Assembly: GCA_036655355.1 (NCBI GenBank)
Contig: JAVVQG010000003.1
Span: forward strand, 206,770-270,769
Source: Bacteroidales bacterium
GTDB lineage: Bacteria; Bacteroidota; Bacteroidia; Bacteroidales; JAUNSR01
DNA: 64,000 bases
Reading direction: 5' to 3'
Shown here: positions 39,388-47,808 of the stretch, one piece after another
How positions within the stretch are numbered: the stretch's first letter is position 1
Layout of the letters: each line of letters begins with the position of its first letter
The notes under the pieces: model-generated
Databases searched by the model: none
Seen by the model: only the letters and a program-made list of their open reading frames with translations
Told to the model about the DNA's origin: nothing
Program-made: the position numbers and the translations under genes

Positions 39388-42180
39388 TTAATGTGCCTCC
39401 AGCCAGTTCTTTCCGAACCCGCACTCTGCGATAAGCGGCACCCGCATCCGGTAAGCATGCTGCATCTCCTCAATCACGATTTTCTTCACCACATCCTGTT
39501 CATCGGGCTGCACGTTGAAGTTCAACTCATCGTGTACCTGAAGGATCATACGCGATTTCACACCCTCCTCTTTGAATCTGCGTGCGATATTCACCATCGC
39601 AATTTTAATGATATCCGCGGCACTTCCCTGAATCGGCGCATTGATTGCATTTCGTTCAGCGAATCCGCGCACCACCGAGTTGCGGGAGTTGATATCGGGC
39701 AGCATTCTTTTTCGTCCGAAAAGCGTTTCCACGAATCCCTGCTGTTGTGCCACCTCGATGCTTTTATCCATGTATGCCTTTACGCCCGGATAGGTTTCGA
39801 AATAGCCGTCGATAAGCATTTTAGCTTCCGCACGGGGGATGTTCAAACGACTTGCCAACCCGAACACGGAGATTCCGTAAATGATACCGAAATTGGCTGT
39901 TTTCGCTTTGTTACGCATTTCGCGCGTCACCTCTTCGATCGGTACCTTATAGATCTTAGCCGCTGTTGCCGCATGGATGTCTTCGCCCGACAGGAATGCT
40001 TCCACCATGTTGGGATCCTGACTCAACTCGGCCATGATGCGCAGTTCGATCTGCGAGTAGTCAGCCGAGAAGAACATACAACCCTCGTCCGGAATGAACG
40101 CGCGTCGCAACTCTTTGCCCACATCCGTACGGATCGGAATGTTCTGAAGGTTCGGATTGCTTGAACTCAGTCGTCCCGTAGCGGTCACCGCCTGATTGAA
40201 AGAGGTGTGTATTTTGCCACTTTTCTTATCCAATAGGGTAGGAAGGGAGTCCACATACGTATTCAATAGTTTCTTCAGACCGCGATGTTCCAGAATCAGA
40301 TCCACTACCGGATGTTTATCCTTCAATTTCTCCAATACCTCTTCGGCCGTAGAGTATTGTCCGGTTTTTGTTTTCTTCGCTTTTTCATCCAGTTTGAGGT
40401 GATCAAACAGCACTTCTCCCACCGCTTTGGGCGATCCGATGTTGAACTCCATGCCGGCAGCGGAGTAGATCTCCTGTTCGATCTCCTGCATCTTTTTGGT
40501 CAGAATCACCGAAATGTCTTTCAATGCGAGGGTGTCGATTTTCACGCCTTCCATCTCCATATCCGCCAGCACCTTTACCAACGGCATCTCGATATCCCAG
40601 AATAGTTTCTCCATTCCCTCTTTCTGCAACTCCTTCTCAAAAACCTTTTTCAGCTTCAGGGTGACGTCTGCATCTTCGCACGCATATTCGGTAACAACGG
40701 GTAAGGCCACGTCGCGCATCGAGCGCTGCTTCTTGCCGGAGCCGATCAACTCCTCGATGTGGATGGTCTGGTATTTCAGATACACCTCTGCCAGGTAATC
40801 CATGTTGTGACGTTGCTCCGGTTGAATCAGGTAATGGGCGATCATCGTGTCGAACCATTTTCCTTTCACATCCACGCCGTAACGTTTGAGCATGATGTAG
40901 TCGTATTTTATATTCTGACCGATCTTCAGAATCGCTTCATTTTCGAAAGCCGTTTTGAATTCCGCCACCACCGCACGCGCTTCCTCCTCATCGACAGGCA
41001 CCGGAACGTAGTACGCCTCATTTTCGTCCATTGCGAAAGAGAAACCTACCAATTCGGCGTTAATGGGATCGACGCCCGTTGTTTCGGTGTCAAAAGCCCA
41101 CGAATCGCGCTTGTTTAATTTTGCGATTAATTTTGCTCTTTGTTCTTGATTTTCAACGAGATGATAGTTGTATGGTAGCGCTTTTAAGCTCACGAGAGTT
41201 GAATAATTGGTTTCAACCGTAGGATTGTCTTCAATTACGTCAAAGAGAGAGCCCATAAGCGGTGCTTGTTTTGTTGCTTTGCTATTTTTGGGTTCGTTTT
41301 TTGCTGCTCCTTTCAGGATTCGGTCTGAGAGTTGACGGAATTCCAACTCTTCGAAAATCTGTCCCAGTGCATCCTGATTCAGCGGGTCGCGTGTCAGGGT
41401 TTTCTCATCGAACTCAACCGGGACGTCTGTTTTGATTGTCGCCAGGAATTTTGAATCGCGAATCTGCTGCACGTTATTTTCCACTTTTGTTTTCAGTGCC
41501 CCTTTCAGTTCATCCTTGTGATTGAGCAGGTTCTCAATCGATCCGAATTCTGCAATCAGTTTCTGAGCGGTCTTCTCACCGACGCCCGGGCATCCCGGAA
41601 TATTATCCGCGGCATCACCCATCAGTCCCAGAATATCGATCACCTGTTCCACCCGTTCGATCTTGAATTTCTCCTTGATCTCTTCCACGCCCATGATGTC
41701 GAATCCGGCCGACATGGTTTTGGGACGATACATGAATGTATTCTGATCCACCAGCTGTCCGTAATCCTTATCCGGAGTCATCATGAAGGTTGTATATCCG
41801 GCTGCTTCCGCTTTTTTAGCAAGCGTGCCGATCACGTCGTCCGCTTCAAATCCCATCACCTCGATGATCGGAATGTTGTATGCTTTGATGATCTCCTTAA
41901 TCACCGGTACCGACTCTCTGATCACTTCGGGAGTGGCTTCACGTTGCGCCTTGTACGATTCAAACATCTCGTGGCGGAAAGTGGGACCCGGAGGATCGAA
42001 ACAAACCGCGATATGAGTAGGGTTCTCCTTTTTCAAAACTTCTTCAAGCGTATTTACGAATCCGTAGATCGCCGAAGTATTCTTTCCTTTTGAATTGACG
42101 CGCGGCGCTCTGATAAACGCATAGTATGCGCGATAAATCAAAGCATAGGCATCGAGGAGAAATAACTTCTTTTCTTCCAT
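39388..42180 (-). CDS. polA: DNA polymerase I
   Basis: 5'-3' exonuclease (LLDAYALIYRAYYA, EADDVIG), 3'-5' exonuclease (FDTET) and polymerase motifs ADYSQIELR, KTANFGIIYG and QVHDEL. Confidence 0.99.
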   Translation of the reverse strand: MEEKKLFLLDAYALIYRAYYAFIRAPRVNSKGKNTSAIYGFVNTLEEVLKKENPTHIAVCFDPPGPTFRHEMFESYKAQREATPEVIRESVPVIKEIIKAYNIPIIEVMGFEADDVIGTLAKKAEAAGYTTFMMTPDKDYGQLVDQNTFMYRPKTMSAGFDIMGVEEIKEKFKIERVEQVIDILGLMGDAADNIPGCPGVGEKTAQKLIAEFGSIENLLNHKDELKGALKTKVENNVQQIRDSKFLATIKTDVPVEFDEKTLTRDPLNQDALGQIFEELEFRQLSDRILKGAAKNEPKNSKATKQAPLMGSLFDVIEDNPTVETNYSTLVSLKALPYNYHLVENQEQRAKLIAKLNKRDSWAFDTETTGVDPINAELVGFSFAMDENEAYYVPVPVDEEEARAVVAEFKTAFENEAILKIGQNIKYDYIMLKRYGVDVKGKWFDTMIAHYLIQPEQRHNMDYLAEVYLKYQTIHIEELIGSGKKQRSMRDVALPVVTEYACEDADVTLKLKKVFEKELQKEGMEKLFWDIEMPLVKVLADMEMEGVKIDTLALKDISVILTKKMQEIEQEIYSAAGMEFNIGSPKAVGEVLFDHLKLDEKAKKTKTGQYSTAEEVLEKLKDKHPVVDLILEHRGLKKLLNTYVDSLPTLLDKKSGKIHTSFNQAVTATGRLSSSNPNLQNIPIRTDVGKELRRAFIPDEGCMFFSADYSQIELRIMAELSQDPNMVEAFLSGEDIHAATAAKIYKVPIEEVTREMRNKAKTANFGIIYGISVFGLASRLNIPRAEAKMLIDGYFETYPGVKAYMDKSIEVAQQQGFVETLFGRKRMLPDINSRNSVVRGFAERNAINAPIQGSAADIIKIAMVNIARRFKEEGVKSRMILQVHDELNFNVQPDEQDVVKKIVIEEMQHAYRMRVPLIAECGFGKNWLEAH

Positions 42181-42419
42181 TTTATTTTATACATTAGCGT
42201 TAGCACAGGAAAACAAAATGCGTAAATGATCGGAAATATGCTCGCAAGGGGTTCGCTAAAGCGCTGTTTCACTTAGGGGGCATTGCACCGGTGATAACGC
42301 TACGGTACGAATGCGGTGAACATTATTCTTTCCTTTACGTTTTTTGTTTAGTTGTAAATTTACAACAAAAACACCTACTGTAATCGAATATTGCTATTTT
42401 TGCAATACATTAATTAAAT

Positions 42420-43400
42420 ATGGACAGACTTTCCCTTATCCAGGCTCCCATACTCAAAGAGCTGGAGGAACAGAGCTTATTGCTCAATGATTCGTTGAAA
42501 TCTCAAATCCCCCTTATCAATTCGGTGGTACATTATTTCCTGGAGAAAAAAGGGAAAATGATTCGCCCGGTAATGGTTTTGTTAGCTGCTAAACTTGCCG
42601 GAAACGGAACCATTACGCACAAGGCAAAAGATTCTGCCGTAGCGTTGGAATTGCTGCACAATGCAAGCCTTATTCACGACGATGTGGTAGATGAATCGAT
42701 GGAGAGGAGAGGACATGCTTCGGTAAATTCCCTGTGGGATAACAAAGTGGCTGTGCTCGTGGGTGATTTCTTTCTGGCTCGTTGTTTGGTAAAATCCACC
42801 GAAACGCAATCTTTGGAGATCCAGGCGGTATTGTCGTGGCTTTCCTCCTCGTTGGCGGAAGGTGAGATCGCCCAATTGGCCAACGCGCGGGGACGCGTCT
42901 TGAATGAAGATGCTTATTATTCGGTGATCCGCAATAAAACCGCTTCTCTTTTCGTGGCGTGCATGCAATTGGGATGTCTCTCTGTAGACGCTTCCAAGGA
43001 CGCTTTTGATGTATTGACTGAGTTCGGCGATAAACTGGGGATTGTATTCCAGATACGCGACGATATATTTGATTACTATTCCGATCCGACGATTGGAAAA
43101 CCCACCGGAAACGACATCCGCGAAGGGAAGATTACCCTGCCGTTGTTGTATGCCCTGAAAAACGGACGGGGAGAGGAGCATGCCCGGATGATGAAGCTTC
43201 TGGAAAAAGAGGAGTTGTCAAAAGAAGATATCGCTGCGTTGGTGAATTATGCCAAGGCCAACGGAGGTATCGAATATGCGCAGGCCACCATGTTGCGCAT
43301 CGGTTATGAGGCGAAGGGATTACTTAACTTCTTCGCCGATTCACCAACGCGAACCGCATTTTATGAGTTGGTAGATTACGTCATTGAACGAAATAAATAG
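42420..43400 (+). CDS. Polyprenyl diphosphate synthase (IspB-like)
   Basis: GKMIRP, ASLIHDDVVD...RRG, KTASLF, FQIRDDIFD and GKPTGNDIREGKITLP. Confidence 0.95.
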   Translation: MDRLSLIQAPILKELEEQSLLLNDSLKSQIPLINSVVHYFLEKKGKMIRPVMVLLAAKLAGNGTITHKAKDSAVALELLHNASLIHDDVVDESMERRGHASVNSLWDNKVAVLVGDFFLARCLVKSTETQSLEIQAVLSWLSSSLAEGEIAQLANARGRVLNEDAYYSVIRNKTASLFVACMQLGCLSVDASKDAFDVLTEFGDKLGIVFQIRDDIFDYYSDPTIGKPTGNDIREGKITLPLLYALKNGRGEEHARMMKLLEKEELSKEDIAALVNYAKANGGIEYAQATMLRIGYEAKGLLNFFADSPTRTAFYELVDYVIERNK

Positions 43401-43405
43401 GAAAC

Positions 43406-43438
43406 AAAAAAGCCGATCTGATCAGATCGGCTTTTTTT
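43406..43438. terminator. Bidirectional intrinsic terminator between convergent genes
   Basis: AAAAAAGCCGATCTG-AT-CAGATCGGCTTTTTT. Confidence 0.9.
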
Positions 43439-43461
43439 ATGTTGGTATGAATCGGTTCTTA

Positions 43462-44355
43462 TCAGATAAAGAACTTAACCTCTTTTCCAAAGATTTCGGT
43501 AAGCAGGTTGTTGGCAAGACGGCTTGCTCCCAAACGGAACAACTCCTTGTTCAACCACGCTTCACCCAATACCTCTTTTACGATGCAGTAGTATGTAACC
43601 GCTTCTTCCGGAGTTACGATACCGCCGGCAGGTTTGAATCCGATCTTACGACCTGTTTTCTCGTGGTAAGCCTTAATCGCCTGACACATGACGTAAGCAG
43701 CTTCAGGAGTAGCTGCCGGTTCCATCTTACCTGTAGAAGTTTTGATGAAATCTGCGTCGGAATACATTGAAAGGATAGAAGCTTTCATGATGTTCGAAGC
43801 TGTTTTCAATGCTCCCGTTTCAAGAATAACCTTCATGTGTGCTTCACGGCAAGCAGCTTTGCATTCGCTGATGGTTTCGCACATATCATCGTATTCACCG
43901 GCAAGGAACTGTCCGACGTTGATTACGATATCGATTTCGTTTGCTCCGGCTTGAACAGCCATCGCAACTTCTGCAACTTTGATTTCAGGGAAAGTCTGTG
44001 AAGATGGGAATCCTGCCGCTACCGCTGCAATGTTCACATCGGAAACTTCCAACGTCATTCTAACAATCTCCGCAAAGTTCGGATAAACACAGATTGCAGC
44101 TACGTTCTGCAATTCAGGATGCTCCAATTCGAACTCATTTACACGTTTTGTAAAAGCGGCCACACGTTCGCGATTGTCAGTTGTAGCCAATGTAGTAAGG
44201 TCGATGATGCTCAAAAGAAACTTGTAAACATCCGTTGTGCTGTTTGCCGCAAGATTCTTGTCAAGGATCGCTTTCACCTCTTCCTTCACTTTCTCGTCGC
44301 TCAGGTCTGTGTTGTACTGTTTCAAAACCAGACTGTATTTATCCGGATTTTCCAT
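43462..44355 (-). CDS. deoC: Deoxyribose-phosphate aldolase
   Basis: IDLTTL, AAICVYP, GANEIDIV, KVILETG, DFIKTSTGK, GFKPAGGI and RLGAS. Confidence 0.97.
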   Translation of the reverse strand: MENPDKYSLVLKQYNTDLSDEKVKEEVKAILDKNLAANSTTDVYKFLLSIIDLTTLATTDNRERVAAFTKRVNEFELEHPELQNVAAICVYPNFAEIVRMTLEVSDVNIAAVAAGFPSSQTFPEIKVAEVAMAVQAGANEIDIVINVGQFLAGEYDDMCETISECKAACREAHMKVILETGALKTASNIMKASILSMYSDADFIKTSTGKMEPAATPEAAYVMCQAIKAYHEKTGRKIGFKPAGGIVTPEEAVTYYCIVKEVLGEAWLNKELFRLGASRLANNLLTEIFGKEVKFFI

Positions 44356-44358
44356 AAT

Positions 44359-44697
44359 TTAGTAAAGTTTATTGTTAGAAATATGTCGTTCTTTATCTCG
44401 TAGCGTTTTCTTCTCGATGTTCTTTTTCAGAGCTTCGGTGAGGTCCACGCCGGTTTGATTTGCCAGGCAGAGCAGTACCCAGAGCACATCGGCCATCTCA
44501 TCGCCCAGGTTTTTCGAAAGTTCCTCTTTCTTGAAAGACTGGTCGCCATAAGTACGTGCCATGATGCGGGCCAGTTCGCCCACCTCTTCGGTTAGGATCG
44601 TCATGTTGGTAAGCTCGCTGAAGTAACGTACCCCGTAGGTTTTTATCCAACGGTCAACCAACTCCTGCGCCTGTGCGATGGTGATCTGTTCTTCCAT
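44359..44697 (-). CDS. MazG-like nucleotide pyrophosphohydrolase (YpjD-like)
   Basis: LTEEVGELAR, DEMADVLWVL.CLANQTG.DL and RDKERH. Confidence 0.92.
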   Translation of the reverse strand: MEEQITIAQAQELVDRWIKTYGVRYFSELTNMTILTEEVGELARIMARTYGDQSFKKEELSKNLGDEMADVLWVLLCLANQTGVDLTEALKKNIEKKTLRDKERHISNNKLY

Positions 44698-44700
44698 GCT

Positions 44701-45153
44701 TTATTCTTTATTTTTTGAATCGATGCAGATGGTTACCGGTCCGTCATTCAACAGCTCCACCTTCATATCCGCACCGAACTCGCCGGTTCCGATCGGTTTG
44801 TCGAGTCCTGTTTCCACCATTTTCAGAAACCGTTCATACAGCGGAATGGCAATTTCGGGACGTGCCGCACGAATGTAGGAGGGTCGGTTTCCTTTGGCCG
44901 TAGCCCCATGCAGCGTAAACTGGCTGACCACAAGTATCTCGCCATCGGTATCCAATACCGATCTGTTCATCACTCCGTTGGCATCTTCAAAAATCCGCAG
45001 GTGAAGCAATTTGCGTACCATCCACTCCAGATCCTTCTCATCGTCGGCCTCTTCGAAGCCGGCTAATACCAACAGACCTCTTCCGATCTTTGATTTCAGC
45101 ACCCCTTCGATGGTTACCGAAGCGTGTGAAACGCGTTGAATTACTACTCTCAT
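44701..45153 (-). CDS. dtd: D-aminoacyl-tRNA deacylase
   Basis: MRVVIQRV, LVVSQFTL, KGNRPS and FGADMKVELLNDGPVT. Confidence 0.98.
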   Translation of the reverse strand: MRVVIQRVSHASVTIEGVLKSKIGRGLLVLAGFEEADDEKDLEWMVRKLLHLRIFEDANGVMNRSVLDTDGEILVVSQFTLHGATAKGNRPSYIRAARPEIAIPLYERFLKMVETGLDKPIGTGEFGADMKVELLNDGPVTICIDSKNKE

Positions 45154-45186
45154 TTGAAAACCGTATCTAATTTTATGAACACAAAG

Positions 45187-47037
45187 TTACGGAATTATTC
45201 GGTTCTCTTCGAGTCCTTTTTTCAGAATCTGAGCTTTCGCTTTTCCGATCACTTCCGCAATCTCCTCCAGGCTCGCTTCTTTGATTTTCTTCACACTTTT
45301 GAATCGCTTCAAGAGGGTGGTTTTCGTCACTTCGCCGATCCCTTTCACCGCATCCAATTCGGAGGCTACCTGTCTTTTGCTGCGTTTCTCTTTGTGGAAC
45401 GTAATGGCAAAACGGTGTACTTCGTTCTGTATCTGTTCTAATAAACGAAATAAAGGGGTCTGTTGTTTAATCTGAACCACTCTTGCAGGGGATCCGAACA
45501 ACATTTCGGATGTTCGGTGCCGTTTGTCCTTCACCAATCCGGCGATGGGGATATTCAGGTGTAGCTCATCTTCCACCACTTGGCGGATCACTTCCATCTG
45601 TCCTTTACCACCGTCGGCAAGGATCAGGTCGGGAAGGGGCAGCTCCTCTTCGACGGCGCGACTGTATCGGCGACGAACCACCTCTTTCATCGAGGCGTAA
45701 TCATCGGGTCCGACAACGCTTTTTATGTTGTATTTTCGGTAATCCTTTTTGGAAGGAGCGGCTTTTCTGAACACCACACAGGCGGCTACCGCATCCGTTC
45801 CCGAGATGTTCGAGTTGTCGAAACACTCAATCTGCATCGGTATTTTGTCGAGTCCGAGTTCCGTTTGGATCTCCTTCATCAGACGCATGCTGCGCTGTTC
45901 CGGGTCGAGTTTCTCGGCTTGTTTCAGTTTGTCGATTCGGTATTGGCGTAGGTTCTTATCACTCAGGTCGAGCAATTTCTTTTTCTCTCCCCGTTGCGGA
46001 ACCACGAACGTGATGCCGTTTAAAGACATAGCGGGTTCGAACGGAACGATGATCTCTTTTGCGGGACTCTTAAATCGCTCGCGCATCTCTGCGATACCCA
46101 ACGCCAGGATCTCCTCTTTCGGATCGTCGATGCGTCTTTTGTATTCGAACGTGTAGGACTGTACGATTGCGCCTCGGATGATGTGGAAGTAGTTGATGTA
46201 AGCTGAATTCTCCTCTTCGCTGTATGAATACACGTCAACGTTCGTGATGACAGGCTGAACGATGGAGGAGCGGGTGCGGTAATTCTCGATGAGATCGTAT
46301 TTGTGCTTCACCTCCTGTGCCTGTTCGAACTTCAACTTTTTGGCCAGTTCCATCATCTCCTTCAGCAGGTATTCGCTTAGTTCGCCGGTATGTCCCCGCA
46401 GAATCTGTTTGATCTCGTCAATGTCTCGCATGTATTCCTCCTCTTTGACGAATCCCTGACAAGGCCCTTTGCAATTCTTGATGTGGTATTGCAGGCACAC
46501 TTTGTATTTCCCTTTCTCGATGTTTTCTTGCGATAGGTTCAGGTTGCAGGTGCGCACTTTGTGGATCTGTCGAAACAGTTCGAGTAAGGCGTATACGATC
46601 TTCACATTCGTGTAGGGTCCGAAATAAGAGGAGCCGTCCTTAATCACTTTCCGGGTCATGAACACCCGCGGGAACGGTTCGTTCTTGATGCAGATCCAGG
46701 GGTAGGTTTTGTCGTCTTTCAGCAGAACGTTGTAGCGTGGCTGGTGCGCTTTGATCATGTAGTTCTCCAGATTCAGCGCATCTTCTTCGGTATTCACCAC
46801 GATGTACTTCAGATCGTTTATGTTCCGGACCAAGCGGTTCGTACGGGCCGAGTCATGGATTTTATTGAAATAGGAGCTGACCCTGCGTTTGAGGTTTTTG
46901 GCTTTCCCGATATAGATTATCTCTCCCTCTTTATCAAAATACTGATAGACGCCCGGGGTATCGGGCATGATGGAGATGATCTCTTTGAGATGATCGATGC
47001 GTTCGTTCTTTACTTTTGCCACGTTTATTTTCTTCAT
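45187..47037 (-). CDS. uvrC: Excinuclease ABC subunit C
   Basis: GIY-YIG (PGVYQY...IYIGKAKNLKRRV), PRYNVLLKDDK.YP, ECFDNSN, DGGKGQ and C-terminal HhH; ATG at 47037. Confidence 0.98.
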   Translation of the reverse strand: MKKINVAKVKNERIDHLKEIISIMPDTPGVYQYFDKEGEIIYIGKAKNLKRRVSSYFNKIHDSARTNRLVRNINDLKYIVVNTEEDALNLENYMIKAHQPRYNVLLKDDKTYPWICIKNEPFPRVFMTRKVIKDGSSYFGPYTNVKIVYALLELFRQIHKVRTCNLNLSQENIEKGKYKVCLQYHIKNCKGPCQGFVKEEEYMRDIDEIKQILRGHTGELSEYLLKEMMELAKKLKFEQAQEVKHKYDLIENYRTRSSIVQPVITNVDVYSYSEEENSAYINYFHIIRGAIVQSYTFEYKRRIDDPKEEILALGIAEMRERFKSPAKEIIVPFEPAMSLNGITFVVPQRGEKKKLLDLSDKNLRQYRIDKLKQAEKLDPEQRSMRLMKEIQTELGLDKIPMQIECFDNSNISGTDAVAACVVFRKAAPSKKDYRKYNIKSVVGPDDYASMKEVVRRRYSRAVEEELPLPDLILADGGKGQMEVIRQVVEDELHLNIPIAGLVKDKRHRTSEMLFGSPARVVQIKQQTPLFRLLEQIQNEVHRFAITFHKEKRSKRQVASELDAVKGIGEVTKTTLLKRFKSVKKIKEASLEEIAEVIGKAKAQILKKGLEENRIIP

Positions 47038-47043
47038 CGGTTG

Positions 47044-47115
47044 AAAAACAAAAAGGATGAAAAATGAAGGATAAATCACCGAAGCCGGATTTGTCATCTT
47101 TCATTTTTCATCCTT
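47044..47115 (-). terminator. Long hairpin between apt and uvrC
   Basis: Arms 47053-47072 and 47096-47115 are 19/20 complementary; U-rich run follows on the minus strand. Confidence 0.65.
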
Positions 47116-47134
47116 AATTCAAATCGGCTTGCGA

Positions 47135-47659
47135 TTAGTATTTGATCAAAGACTCAATCTCTACGCCTTCCGGGAAAAGGCTGCGACCATTCAGGTCTTC
47201 CAGTTCCACGATGAAGTTGATATAGATTTTCTTTACATTGAATCGTTTTACAAGCTCGTAAGCGGCATACATTGTTCCGCCTGTTGCTAAAAGGTCGTCG
47301 TGGATCAATACCACGTCATCTTCCTGAAGCGCATCTTTATGGATCTCGATGGTGTCCAGGCCGTATTCTTTTTCATAGCTTGCCTTGTAGGTGTCTGCCG
47401 GAAGTTTCCCCGGTTTACGAAGAGTAACAAAGCCGGCTCCAAGATTGTTCGCCATTACAGGACCCATGATGAAACCTCTTGATTCGATTCCCACTACTTT
47501 GGTAATCCCTTTCTCTGTGTACAGGTTTGTCATCAGGTTCGAAAGGTCATTCAGGCATTTTGCATCCTTGAATACGGTAGTCAGGTCACGGAATAGGATT
47601 CCTTCTCTCGGGAAGTCCGGAACTACTCTGATTTTCTCTTTAATGGAATTGATACCCAT
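47135..47659 (-). CDS. apt: Adenine phosphoribosyltransferase
   Basis: PDFPREGILFRD, GIESRGF, RKPGKLP, EYG and DDLLATGGT. Confidence 0.98.
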   Translation of the reverse strand: MGINSIKEKIRVVPDFPREGILFRDLTTVFKDAKCLNDLSNLMTNLYTEKGITKVVGIESRGFIMGPVMANNLGAGFVTLRKPGKLPADTYKASYEKEYGLDTIEIHKDALQEDDVVLIHDDLLATGGTMYAAYELVKRFNVKKIYINFIVELEDLNGRSLFPEGVEIESLIKY

Positions 47660-47751
47660 GATTTCTTATTTGATTATAGCGTAAAATTGTATAAGTGACG
47701 GTTTGAGTCCACACGCGAGGCATGCACTCCGGTTAAAGTGGAACTTTAGAA

Positions 47752-47767
47752 TGTTTCACGTGAAACA
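47752..47767. promoter_or_regulatory. parS centromere-like site (ParB binding)
   Basis: Perfect match to the conserved parS palindrome TGTTTCACGTGAAACA, intergenic, next to mnmG (gidA). Confidence 0.9.
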
Positions 47768-47808
47768 TCTTTAAGTTTTACTTCAACGTCCTTCTGCACG
47801 GGCAGAAG

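Noticed and set aside
39301-40164. 287-aa plus-strand ORF (likewise 48274-49140, 56476-57198 and 59335-60273)
   Set aside because: Antisense shadows of polA, mnmG, korA and the M16 peptidase, with no independent protein features.
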